DNA of 63,537 nucleotides, the filler included, from Thraustochytrium aureum (lineage: Eukaryota): the NCBI GenBank assembly GCA_012862495.1. It is 7 parts of 3 records of this genome, joined end to end, with 100 filler letters (N's around TTAATTAATTAA, not from the genome) between each part and the next. Parts side by side here need not be neighbours in the genome. Positions count along the whole stretch, not along the records: positions 43,712 to 49,509 come from BLSG01000240.1; positions 49,610 to 53,697 come from BLSG01000240.1; positions 53,798 to 59,294 come from BLSG01000240.1; 4 more parts are not named here. One strand, 5' to 3'. A program made the position numbers and the translations under genes. Positions 46,381-57,216 of the stretch are shown here, in pieces. Within the stretch, counting starts at the first letter, position 1. Each line of letters opens with the position of its first letter. The notes under the pieces are model-generated. The model was given only the letters and a program-made list of their open reading frames with translations. It had not been told where the DNA came from and searched no databases.

Positions 46381-46634
46381 GAGCAACGAGCGAGCGAGCG
46401 CGCCGCCGGGGAAGGGAGCCCAGGGCAGCTCTTGCTGGCATCGAGGCCGCGCTCGGCGGGCTGGGCGACACGTACGACTCGCTGGCTGGCAGGTGCGTGG
46501 GCTGCGGGATCGCGCGGGCTGCCTCGCAAGGTCGGCCGAGCGACGCGCCGTTTGTTTGGCCCGCGACGACTCCTGCTCGGGACGCGACTGCGGCGGGTCG
46601 AACGGCCGGCGTTGGAGGGACAGCCGGCGGCGGG

Positions 46635-49111
46635 ATGCAGCAGGCGGGATGGAAGTCGATGCGGGAGCTGACGCGCGATGCGCTGCTGGAGGTCTTTCGG
46701 TCCGTGAACACGGACGGGCTGACGACGTACCGCGTGCTGGTGCTGGACCATAGGGCCACGCGAGTGCTGAACGCGTGCTTGCGCATGTACGATATCACGC
46801 AGGAGGGCATCGCGCTGGTCGAGTCGCTGGAGAAGCGGCGGCAACCGTTCCCCGACCTTGAGGTTATCTACCTGTGCGACCCCAGCGCGGCGTCTGTGCA
46901 GCGCATCTGCGACGACTTTGCCGCCGACAAGCCTGTACCATACGCCAAGGCTCACGTGTTCTTCTTGCGGCGGTGCGAAGAGGAGGTGCTGGACCTTGTG
47001 AAGTGCACGCCGCAGCTGGTGCGGCGCGTTGCGACGCTGACGGAAACCAACATCAGCTACTTGGCCGTCGAGGAGAACGTGTTCCATTTGGACCAGGAGA
47101 GCGCTCTTGTAGACCTGTACAACGAGGCCAAAAGCGGGTTTCGGGTTTGCACCGGGCGAATCGTGGAGGACCTGATCACGTTTTGCGCTACGCTGAACGA
47201 GTACCCCTTCGTGCGGTACGAGGCGGCCAACCCGCTTTGCAGCAAGCTGGCGATGGACTTTCAGGCCGGCTTCAACACGTTCGTCAACAAGAACACCTCG
47301 TTTTGGTGGCACGGCGACGGAGGGGACGGCCACGGCGAGCAGGCGAGCCGCGCCACGCTCTTGGTGCTGGATCGTGCCGAGGACCCTGTTGCCCCGCTCA
47401 TCCACCTATTCAACTACCAATCGATGGTTTACGACCTGCTGCACGTGAGAGACCGCGCCTGCCACTACTTCAAGGGCGACCTGTCCCGTTACAGCGGCCA
47501 GGACGAGGACAAAGCGCTCGACCTTGACCCTGTGCCGCCAGAGGGCAGCGAGGTCGGCGTGGGGCTGCTGAACGAAGAGGACGCGCTCTGGACCGAGTGG
47601 CGCCACCTGCACATCACCAAAGTGATCGACCAGTTGCAGACCCACCTGCAGCGGTACCGCGAGACGACCATTGGCAAGCTCAAGGCGGGCGGCGGCGGCC
47701 AGTCGGCAACCCTCGAGGAAATGAACCGAGCAATTCAAGAGATGCCCGAGTTCCAAGAGATGATGGACAAGCACATCAAGCACCACCACATGACGCGGCT
47801 CTGCATGCACAAGTTCCAGCACCGGCGGCTTCCTGAGTGCGCGACGGTCGAGCAGATCATGACCACCGGCGTTGACGCGGAGGGCCGCGAGGTCACGAGC
47901 GCCGCCCTCCTTGCGCAGGTCACTGCCCTCGCGGGCGACCCGGGATCGGGGCGCAAGAGACGGCGCGGCTCATCGGGCTGTACCTAGCTACGCAACACGA
48001 GGCGGACGAGGCCAAGCGGCGCAAGGTCCTGGACNNNNNNNNNNNNNNNNNNNNNNNNNNNNNNNNNNNNNNNNNNNNNNNNNNNNNNNNNNNNNNNNNN
48101 NNNNNNNNNNNNNNNNNNNNNNNNNNNNNNNNNNNNNNNNNNNNNNNNNNNNNNNNNNNNNNNNNNNNNNNNNNNNNNNNNNNNNNNNNNNNNNNNNNNN
48201 NNNNNNNNNNNNNNNNNNNNNNNNNNNNNNNNNNNNNNNNNNNNNNNNNNNNNNNNNNNNNNNNNNNNNNNNNNNNNNNNNNNNNNNNNNNNNNNNNNNN
48301 NNNNNNNNNNNNNNNCCGGCCTCGTCGCCGATTCCGCAAAGGGCCAGCTTTCGAAGGAAAGGTACCCTTATGTAATAGACCCCCCGCCGATGCTGATTCC
48401 GGCCGCGTCGGCCGATGCAGGGCCGTCGCCGCTCGCAGCCTCCAAAGCATCTCGCGGCGGATTCGGCTCCTCCTTCGCCGCGGCGTTCTCCCGCGGCTCG
48501 CGCGGCACTGCAGCGAGCGACACGGGTTCCGGGGCGGCGGCCCCGCTCGCTGCCTCGTCCTCGGACGGGATTGTCAAGTCTGTGCGTTCCAAGCCAAAGA
48601 GCCAAACCACAGGGCTAGCCGCCGCCGCAGAAAGTGGCCTTGGCTTGACCTCCACAGCGCAGCGGCGGCGCAATCCTCGCGGTGCGCGGGTGCTAGTGTT
48701 CATCGCCGGTGGGGCGACTCCTGCAGAGTTGGTTGCCATTCAAAATGTGATGCGCGACCAGAACCGGGATGTGGTATCGGCACCACGCACTTGCTCACGC
48801 CGCGCGACTTTCTGCATGACCTGGCGTACTTGGACGAGTCCAAGGTGGACGCCTTTCGCGAGGAGAAGGCGGCGTTTGAGCAAGCCAAGTTGGAGGCGCT
48901 TCGGCGCTCGGCGCAATCGCAGGCGCAGGCGCTCGATGCGATCAAGGAAACGCCCGACGGCGCGGGCGATGAGGGCGTCAAGCCGCACAAGCCCAAGTCT
49001 CGCGGCTTGCTTGCCAAGTTGGGCTGCGGTTGCATGTCAGGTCCGCCGCCGGCTGCTTCGTCCGGAGCGACAGAGCTGTTTGCGGGGCAGACCCAGCCCA
49101 CCAACATCTAG
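46635..49111 (+). CDS. SEC1: Sec1/Munc18 (syntaxin-binding, SM) protein; gap 48035-48315, apparent frameshifts near 47950 and 48775
   Basis: YRVLVLDHRATRVLNACLRMYDITQEGIALVESLEKRRQPFPDLEVIYL, CATLNEYPFVRY, LLVLDRAEDPVAPLIHLFNYQSMVYDLL, LNEEDALWTEWRHLHI, EQIMTTGVD, LSKERYPYV, RVLVFIAGGATPAEL and HLLTPRDFL. Confidence 0.93.
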
Positions 49112-49509
49112 TAGGGAGAGCGCCAGGCGCCGCGCCAGCCGTGCGAGGCGTGAGCGAGACCGACCCGCCGCGTCCCGCCAACACCTCAAACGTAGATCTC
49201 AATTGTATGCATGACGACCCTCCGTGGCCGGAAGCAAGCACCGAAGTACTTTACTTGGCCAAGTCGATCGATCTTGGTTGCAATCGAAGGCATGCTCAGT
49301 ACCTAGGTACCGCCCGGCGGTCCTGCCGCGAGCATCGCATCTCCGATCAGCCCAAAACCCGAACACAGCCGTCCACCGTCAAACCCATCCACTTCGTCAC
49401 TTCGTTTTGATTGAAAAAAAAACATCCCCTCGCACCTTGCACACTCACAGCCCCACCCGCTTCCCGCCACCTGCCGTTCCAACCCCGCCACATTCCTCCC
49501 CTTCTCCCC

Positions 49510-49609
49510 NNNNNNNNNNNNNNNNNNNNNNNNNNNNNNNNNNNNNNNNNNNNTTAATTAATTAANNNNNNNNNNNNNNNNNNNNNNNNNNNNNNNNNNN
49601 NNNNNNNNN
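49510..49609. other. Artificial assembly linker (44N-TTAATTAATTAA-44N)
   Basis: Same 100-nt structure. Confidence 0.97.
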
Positions 49610-49729
49610 CGCCTGCGCGCGAGGGCGGGCGCCGCTGGGAACGCGGGTCGACCTGGACGCGCACCTGCCGCCAAGGGGGCGGGGCCGGATTCACTGCGGC
49701 GAGCGACGGGAGGCCGCCGCGGTGGCAGG

Positions 49730-52700
49730 ATGAGCAGGGCCGGGTCGCCCGTCGCGGCGGCGCTGGCAGGGCTGACGAACGCGTTCTCGGCGGGCGAGGA
49801 GGAAGACTCCAAGTTTCGGGTCGCGCAAGAAATGTTTGACACTGACGAAGATGAGGATTGCGAGCAGAGCGGTGGAGGCCTGGAGAGCCCTGGAGCTCAC
49901 GTCCTCGGGGTCACGTACTCGTCGCGCGAGGAACTAGCTATGTTCGGCATCGGTGCGGGGGTGGCGGACCAGGGCCAGGGGGGTCAAATTGCCCCGATCG
50001 AGCCTCTGAGCGGCGGCGGCTCTGTGCGAGGCAGGACCCGCCCGAGCCTGAAGATCAGGTCAGGGGCCACGTCTGGCGTTGAACGCGAGCCGGTTGTGTA
50101 TGGATCCATGATGGCTTCGTCCGTTCGCTCGTTTCGCTTCGAAAGCAGTGATTCCGCAAAGGAGGCGCATCTTGTACGGCGAAACCAATCTTCGCCAGAC
50201 GGGGGCGACGCGAAAACAAGCGCCAGCCCGAGTGAGCACGACGCCTATCCTGTACGGTCCGCGGGAGAACCACACAGGGCAGCGTCGGCGTTTGGCCCTG
50301 GGCAGAAGCGCGGGCGATCGTTTGCTGGGCGGAATGCAGCGCATGCGTCAGAAGATGCACGCGTGCGTGCCGTCGCCAACCGGGTCGCGGCGCTGCGGCT
50401 CGAGGCAGAGGATGACGACGACTCGGACCTGGATGTCGACTACGACTCACCGGCGAGCCCCCGTGCGCGCATGATGCCGCGTGCCAACTCGCTGCCCGTC
50501 CTGGCCTCGACTCTGGGCCCCGAGGAGATGATCGATTTCGACGTGGTCAAGCGACGATCTCGCTTGAAGGCGAGCAAAAAGTTGGACCGACCGAGCGTGA
50601 CGAAGGGCCGGCTCTGGTTTGTAAAGGTCGCCCTCTTCCCCTTTTTCCTCAGGTGGTGGGCCAGCAAGCTCCAACGGCGCTGGCTCGTCGCGAGCCTCGT
50701 CGTCTACGTGAGCCAGTTCGCATCCACGCTTGCTTACCTGCTTGGCGAAGCCGGCAGCACAAGCGACATCGCCCAGTTCGAGGTGCGCTGGTGCGTTCTG
50801 TTGCTCTTCGTCGTCGCAGGCCTCCTCGGGCACTGCGCCGCGGTCAGCTCGGCGGTGAATAAAACGCTCAAGCTCGAGCGCGACGAAATGTACAGCGAGT
50901 CGCCGAGCCAAGGACCGAGCCTTAGCTCGTTGGAAGAAGAGGGCCGCTCTTCGAGCTCGCTGCCGCAGCTGAGCTGTGGAGCGACAGTCACGGCGGCAGG
51001 CCGCGCCCCCCAGGCAGCGCCGGAGAAAGTCGCCACGACTGGAGCGGAGTTGGACTCTGGCGAGGGCGAAAGCGGCCCCGATGGGAGTGCCCCAGAGTCG
51101 CGGGCCGGCAGGCTGGCCGGTGGGCGCCCCCCNNNNNNNNNNNNNNNNNNNNNNNNNNNNNNNNNNNNNNNNNNNNNNNNNNNNNNNNNNNNNNNNNNNN
51201 NNNNNNNNNNNNNNNNNNNNNNNNNNNNNNNNNNNNNNNNNNNNNNNNNNNNNNNNNNNNNNNNNNNNNNNNNNNNNNNNNNNNNNNNNNNNNNNNNNNN
51301 NNNNNNNNNNNNNNNNNNNNNNNNNNNNNNNNNNNNNNNNNNNNNNNNNNNNNNNNNNNNNNNNNNNNNNNNNNNNNNNNNNNNNNNNNNNNNNNNNNNN
51401 NNNNNNNNNNNNNNNNNNNNNNNNNNNNNNNNNNNNNNNNNNNNNNNNNNNNNNNNNNNNNNNNNNNNNNNNNNNNNNNNNNNNNNNNNNNNNNNNNNNN
51501 NNNNNNNNNNNNNNNNNNNNNNNNNNNNNNNNNNNNNNNNNNNNNNNNNNNNNNNNNNNNAATCCTTCGGCAGCACCGCGGCGAGCACCGCTCTCGGCTG
51601 ACCTCGTCAGCGAAGAGCATCAAGTACGACGAGGATGACTCGGACTCTTCCGACGACGACGAGGAAGACGAGGAGGAGACGGAGGACTCTGAAGTAGAGT
51701 TTGAACGGCGCACTCGACGGGGCCGCCGCATGCCGGGCAACGTACCCGGCCCTCGCGCCGCGCCGCGAGGGCCGTCTGCACGGGGCGGGGCGGCGGCAGG
51801 CTCGCATCTGCGCCCAAAGAGCAGCCCGGTGACCTCTCAAAGGGGCGCGCAGAGTGGCAACGGCAAGGGCCGGCGCTCGATTGGCGAGTTTGGCGACAGC
51901 TGCACCGAGGAGGAGAATCACGGGTTTGGCGAGAGCAGCGGCCCTGATGCCGGCGCCTACGATGGCGAGGGCGAGGGGTGACGGAGACAGCGACGCTGTG
52001 AGGCCCCTTCGCGGTCGGATGGAGAGAGTGTTTGGGTCGGGCTCGGGCTCGGGTCGCGCGAGCTCCCCCGTGTCGTCTTCAGTGCGGAGCGTGTTTTGGT
52101 CCACACTCGGCGCCAAGGACTGTGAGCTATCCGTGACTGACGTCCGCAACGCGATATACAAGAAGATCGACGCCAGCAAGCCTGCGTCGACGTACGTATT
52201 CCTGGCGGAGGCGTTTGCAGTCACGCTCGGCGCGCTTCCGAGCCTTTTCCGGCTTGCGCGCAAGGTCTTGCCCGTGCTGTGCTGGCTTTCCGGGCAGCCG
52301 TGGTTTCAGTCGTACGTGTCGTACCTCTCACACGGCGGCGTGCTCGACCACGATGCGATCTGCTCTTCTGTCAGCGGGGCCGCGGTGCCGCCAGGGACGG
52401 TCGAGCGTTCTGGGCTGCGGACCAAGTCGAAAGGGCGCAGCTTTGGCTTTGGTGCCGGCGCGGCCGCGCTGGGCTCTGGCGGGGCGGCGCCAGATTTTGG
52501 ACTGGCGGGCGACAGCGACGGGCTCCTGCGGTGCCTGTGGACCGATCGAGACGAGGTCGTTCCCGCTTGCGAGGCCCACTCGCTTCAGTCAGTTAGCTGG
52601 GAGGTGTTACACTACGTTTTCGTGAGCGAGTGGCGAGAGACGCTCGTGGGCGTCACGTCGATGCTGACGGCAGCGTACCTGCTCGCGATCTTCTTCCAGT

Positions 52701-53356
52701 TTGTCGCAGTCGCCGAGGACGCCTTCCGGCGCAGGCTCTTGTACGCAAAGTACTTTAGCAAGCTGACCTCCTCCAGGCGCGCGCGCAAAGCCCACTTGCC
52801 GCACTTTCGCCTCAACCGCGTCAACCACATCCGCGTCTGGCTCGACCTGCGGTCTGACTCGCGCGAGGCGCACAACTCGTCGTACCGCTTTGGGGACGCT
52901 GCCGCCAACACGCTCGTTGCGGTCAACATTTCGGCGGTCTTCATGGTGTGCCTGCGCATGTTTTCGGGGATGTGGACAGCGAGCCGGGTGGACGACGTGG
53001 TGCTTCTCGTGAGCGTGTTCTTCCTCAGCACCTACATGTACCGGTTCATGCACCTGACGTCGCGGACGCAGAAAAAGTACGACACGAGCAAGATCCTCTA
53101 CACCGAGCAGCTCAACTTGTACATCAAGATCTTTTCAAACCCGTCCAACAAGGAGGAGCTCGTGGCCTGCAACAACATGATCAAAATCGCGATCAAGCTA
53201 ACTGACGAGAAGAAGGCGTCCGGGGGCAAGGACAAGAACCAGGTGTTGTTGCTAAACCCGGTCATCTACAACCTCCTGCGCGTCACGATTCTCTCTGCGC
53301 TGGGGACGATGTCGTCTGACCTGCTCGGCTTCAAGGTGCGTCTGTGGAAGCTCTAG
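49730..53356 (+). CDS. PHTF: PHTF-family multi-pass membrane protein; gap 51133-51560 and at least one frame switch near 51980
   Basis: MIDFDVVK..LFPFFLRWW; RRLLYAKYFSKLTSSRRARKAHLPHFRLNRVNHIRVWLDLRS; ILYTEQLNLY..KEELVACNNMIKIA; C-terminal SDLLGFKVRLWKL. These match the PHTF1/2 signature blocks as I recall them. Confidence 0.88.
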
Positions 53357-53410
53357 TCGGCGAGAAGCACGCTGTTGCATTGCCGCGGCGTTTCTATCGC
53401 GGGCGGCCTG

Positions 53411-53496
53411 GAGGCATTTGCTTCCCTCGCCGTTCTTCGAGGCTTTTGCTTCCCTCGCCGTTCTTCGAGGCGTTTGATTCCCTCGCCGTTCGTCGA
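53411..53496 (+). repeat. Three-copy 28-bp tandem repeat
   Basis: GAGGCnTTTGmTTCCCTCGCCGTTCkTC units starting at 53411, 53439 and 53467. Confidence 0.9.
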
Positions 53497-53697
53497 ACAC
53501 AGGGCAACAAAACAACCCGTGGGGCCACAGGGCAACAGCGCGCGGGGACGTGTTGTTGGGAGATCGTCGAACTCGGGGCAACAACCCGCGGGGCCGTGCG
53601 GTTGAAAGGTCAATACAGGATCGTTGCGGTTTCCTGTCGCAGTCCCGTTGGCTTTCGCGAGAACCAGTAGAATGCATGTAGGTAGAAGAAATGCGTG

Positions 53698-53797
53698 NNN
53701 NNNNNNNNNNNNNNNNNNNNNNNNNNNNNNNNNNNNNNNNNTTAATTAATTAANNNNNNNNNNNNNNNNNNNNNNNNNNNNNNNNNNNNNNNNNNNN
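53698..53797. other. Artificial assembly linker (44N-TTAATTAATTAA-44N)
   Basis: Same 100-nt structure, abutting a (TGCG)n microsatellite at 53798-53822. Confidence 0.97.
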
Positions 53798-55067
53798 TGC
53801 GTGCGTGCGTGCGTGCGTGCGCGTCCTGGACTGCCTGCGTCACGCCGCCCTCCACTGCGTCTGTCGAAGCCCTCCGGCGAGCGCGGAGGGCGGAAGAACA
53901 AAGAACGGAATGGCTGGCGGGACGGTGTGCGCGTGTTCCGCCCTACGCCTGTGTATGTCTCTGGACCAAACTCTTGAAAGAAGGCAAAGAAAATAAAGGA
54001 AAGCTCGGAAAGGAAGGAAAGGAGAAACAAACAAACAAACAAAGGCGAGAAGCCAGCCCACCCTATACCAGTATACCAGTAGCCAAGCCAGAACCTTTTT
54101 TTCAAACTAATTCATTTATTTTATTTCTTTCCTTTGTCCAAGAAGGGCACGGCTCGTGCGTGTGCATTCTCCTCACGAAGTGCAAGGTGGAGGAGGTGGC
54201 CTGCGAGTGGCTGTTGTGCGCGATGGACGAAAGGCCTCAGGAATCAGGAGCGATCCACGACGATCAACGTAGGCAGACGAATGGTATTTGTCACTGGTTC
54301 GCCGTTTGGCTTGACTTTGTCCAGGGGGAAGGGGTCGAGGTGGGCGCCAGGGGAAGTACAACATGCGCCGCAGCAGCGCGCGGTCTCAAAAGCTGGCCAA
54401 ACTCGCTCGAGGAGGTACCTACCTACCGGAAAGTAAGAGAGTACTCTCTGCGCTGCTCACTCTGCCGCCGCCGAGCACCGACCCCGCCAACACAACACAC
54501 GCGACAGCTTCTCACTCACCCTGTTCGCTCGCCGTTGTTGTCGAACGAACGCCCGCCGGCCCCGGCCCCGAGTCGTTTCTCTCGGGTCAGCGCCAAAACC
54601 CACTCACCAACCTGCCTGCCCACACCCCTGCAACTCAGAATCGACCTCTGGCAGACTGGCGCTTGCCACTCCGCCGCCACTTTGCTCGTGCNNNNNNNNN
54701 NNNNNNNNNNNNNNNNNNNNNNNNNNNNNNNNNNNNNNNNNNNNNNNNNNNNNNNNNNNNNNNNNNNNNNNNNNNNNNNNNNNNNNNNNNNNNNNNNNNN
54801 NNNNNNNNNNNNNNNNNNNNNNNNNNNNNNNNNNNNNNNNNNNNNNNAGCGCGCGAGCACACCGACGCGAGAAGGTTCTGGCGGCGCGGCGCGGCCCAAC
54901 CGGTCCTCTTCGAGTCCTTGTGCGTCCAGTTGCACACCGGCGGTCGCTCGCCACTGGCCTGCAAGAGCAGGCAGACAGAAGACCCGGACCGCGCGCTCGC
55001 CCAACTCTCGCACGCACAGAGTGCCTGCCTGTTGGTGGCCTGAAGGGCATCGCGGACGGGGGCGACC

Positions 55068-56237
55068 ATGTGGACGCTTGGCGGAGTCGTGCTCGCGGGG
55101 CTGCTGCGGTGCAGCAGCGCCCAGGCAACGCTTCGCGGCGTGGCAGGCAAGCGCGAGCTTTTTCTGGACGAGCTGAGTTTTTTGGACGGCCTGGAGCTGT
55201 GGCAAAAGTACCTGATCCTTGCAGGCGCCGTGGTGGTCGCCCTCCTCATCCTGGTCCTGCTCACGTGCTTGTGCGTGCGCCTCTTGCGGAAAGATGACCC
55301 AGCACTGGTGAACAACCCCTACCTGAAGGACAACTCGTACGCGTTCGACCCGAACGCGAGCGGCCGCACGCTGGTGCACAAGAACGCAATGCAGCCGAGC
55401 CCTGCCCTCGCGTCTTTCATGCTCCAAAACCCGGTGCGCCGCGTCGACGTGGACGACGACGACGCCTCAAGCAGTGCGCCAACCACTGGCGCTGGGTTTG
55501 CCGGCAGTAACGCGGCCTTTTCGAAGCGCGTCAGCACGCGCGCCACGGGCAACGACTACGGCCGTCTTGACAGCGCCGCCAAGGACCGCATTCGCTCCAT
55601 CCGAATGGAGGGCAACATCATGCCGATCATGCCCAACCCGACGTCCAAGGCCATGAAGCTCTTGGGCGTGGACGAAACTGCAGTGGCGCGCCCCTTTGAC
55701 GAAGACGTTGCTACGCGAATGAAGAAGCTCGCCGCCAAATCGGGCGGCGGGATCTACGCCCCCGGGTTCGCGACCGCCGGCCTCGGCGGCCAGATCGCCC
55801 AAGGCTTCAAGGAGCGCCGCGCCAAGCAGTTGGAGAAGGCGCGCATCCGCAAGGAGAAGGAAGACGAACGCCGCAAGCTCAACGAGGACAAGCAGCTCGC
55901 GCAGGGCTTGCCAGTGGCCAAGCCCAAGCCACCCGCGCCCAAGGTCGAGAAGGAGGCAGAACCGCCTGGCCCCAACAAACTCGCCGCCTTCCTCCAGTCA
56001 ACCGGCGCGGCAACTGCTGTAGCTACCAAGAAGCCCGCTTCGCCTGCGCCCTCGTCCAAGCCTCCTGCTCCAAAGTCGGCCAAACCCGCGGAGGAGGACC
56101 ACGAAGAGACAGACTCGGACCAGTCGGAATCGGAAGCGAAAAATCGATCGACGACACCATCTGAGCCCGCCGCCCGCTGCGCGGTGGCCGCGGCGTCACT
56201 CCAGACGACCGCCGCCGCTGCTTTTTGTGTTGATTGA
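55068..56237 (+). CDS. Hypothetical type I membrane protein (signal peptide, very short ectodomain, TM, long charged/Pro-rich tail)
   Basis: MWTLGGVVLAGLLRCSSAQA signal-like segment; TM YLILAGAVVVALLILVLLTCLCV followed by RLLRK; strong GC3 bias. The true stop may be TGA 56162-56164 if the A-run near 56140 lacks a base. Confidence 0.75.
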   Translation: MWTLGGVVLAGLLRCSSAQATLRGVAGKRELFLDELSFLDGLELWQKYLILAGAVVVALLILVLLTCLCVRLLRKDDPALVNNPYLKDNSYAFDPNASGRTLVHKNAMQPSPALASFMLQNPVRRVDVDDDDASSSAPTTGAGFAGSNAAFSKRVSTRATGNDYGRLDSAAKDRIRSIRMEGNIMPIMPNPTSKAMKLLGVDETAVARPFDEDVATRMKKLAAKSGGGIYAPGFATAGLGGQIAQGFKERRAKQLEKARIRKEKEDERRKLNEDKQLAQGLPVAKPKPPAPKVEKEAEPPGPNKLAAFLQSTGAATAVATKKPASPAPSSKPPAPKSAKPAEEDHEETDSDQSESEAKNRSTTPSEPAARCAVAAASLQTTAAAAFCVD

Positions 56238-57216
56238 TGGTGATCGTCTGGATCGCCGAGTAGTGCGTGGCGCCCCTCCATCTCTGGTGCGGCTTCATCA
56301 TTTATGTCCGCAACAACCTGTGTACTGTCCCGTATTCTCTTCTTCTTCTTCTTCTTACGTGCACTTGCACCTCTTCCGTCCGCTTGCCTGCGGCCCTCAC
56401 CTATCGCGCGAGGGACTGCGGTGGACCAGTTGTCGACCCACTTGCTGACCCTGGTGTTGGCAGCTTGTGATTCGCTTCAACGCGCTCTGGGGCCCCAGAG
56501 CGCGACGGCGTCAGACNNNNNNNNNNNNNNNNNNNNNNNNNNNNNNNNNNNNNNNNNNNNNNNNNNNNNNNNNNNNNNNNNNNNNNNNNNNNNNNNNNNN
56601 NNNNNNNNNNNNNNNNNNNNNNNNNNNNNNNNNNNNNNNNNNNNNNNNNNNNNNNNNNNNNNNNNNNNNNNNNNNNNNNNNNNNNNNNNNNNNNNNNNNN
56701 NNNNNNNNNNNNNNNNNNNNNNNNNNNNNNNNNNNNNNNNNNNNNNNNNNNNNNNNNNNNNNNNNNNNNNNNNNNNNNNNNNNNNNNNNNNNNNNNNNNN
56801 NNNNNNNNNNNNNNNNNNNNNNNNNNNNNNNNNNNNNNNNNNNNNNNNNNNNNNNNNNNNNNNNNNNNNNNNNNNNNNNNNNNNNNNNNNNNNNNNNNNN
56901 NNNNNNNNNNNNNNNNNNNNNNNNNNNNNNNNNNNNNNNNNNNNNNNNNNNNNNNNNNNNNNNNNNNNNNNNNNNNNNNNNNNNNNNNNNNNNNNNNNNN
57001 NNNNNNNNNNNNNNNNNNNNNNNNNNNNNNNNNNNNNNNNNNNNNNNNNNNNNNNNNNNNNNNNNNNNNNNNNNNNNNNNNNNNNNNNNNNNNNNNNNNN
57101 NNNNNNNNNNNNNNNNNNNNNNNNNNNNNNNNNNNNNNNNNNNNNNNNNNNNNNNNNNNNNNNNNNNNNNNGGCGCGCGTTGACGAGAAACTGGGCGGAC
57201 TCGCGCTTCGCTTGCT

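Noticed and set aside
959..49111. Apparent cluster of membrane-traffic genes (myosin, Vac8-like, FYVE-SNARE, Sec1, adaptor-binding protein)
   Set aside because: Such genes are common in eukaryotes, and several are separated by artificial linkers, so physical clustering is unproven.
53809..54690. Long plus ORF containing GICHWFAVWLDF (vaguely like a PRMT C-terminal strand)
   Set aside because: The frame runs through microsatellite and AT-rich sequence, and no methyltransferase motifs are present.
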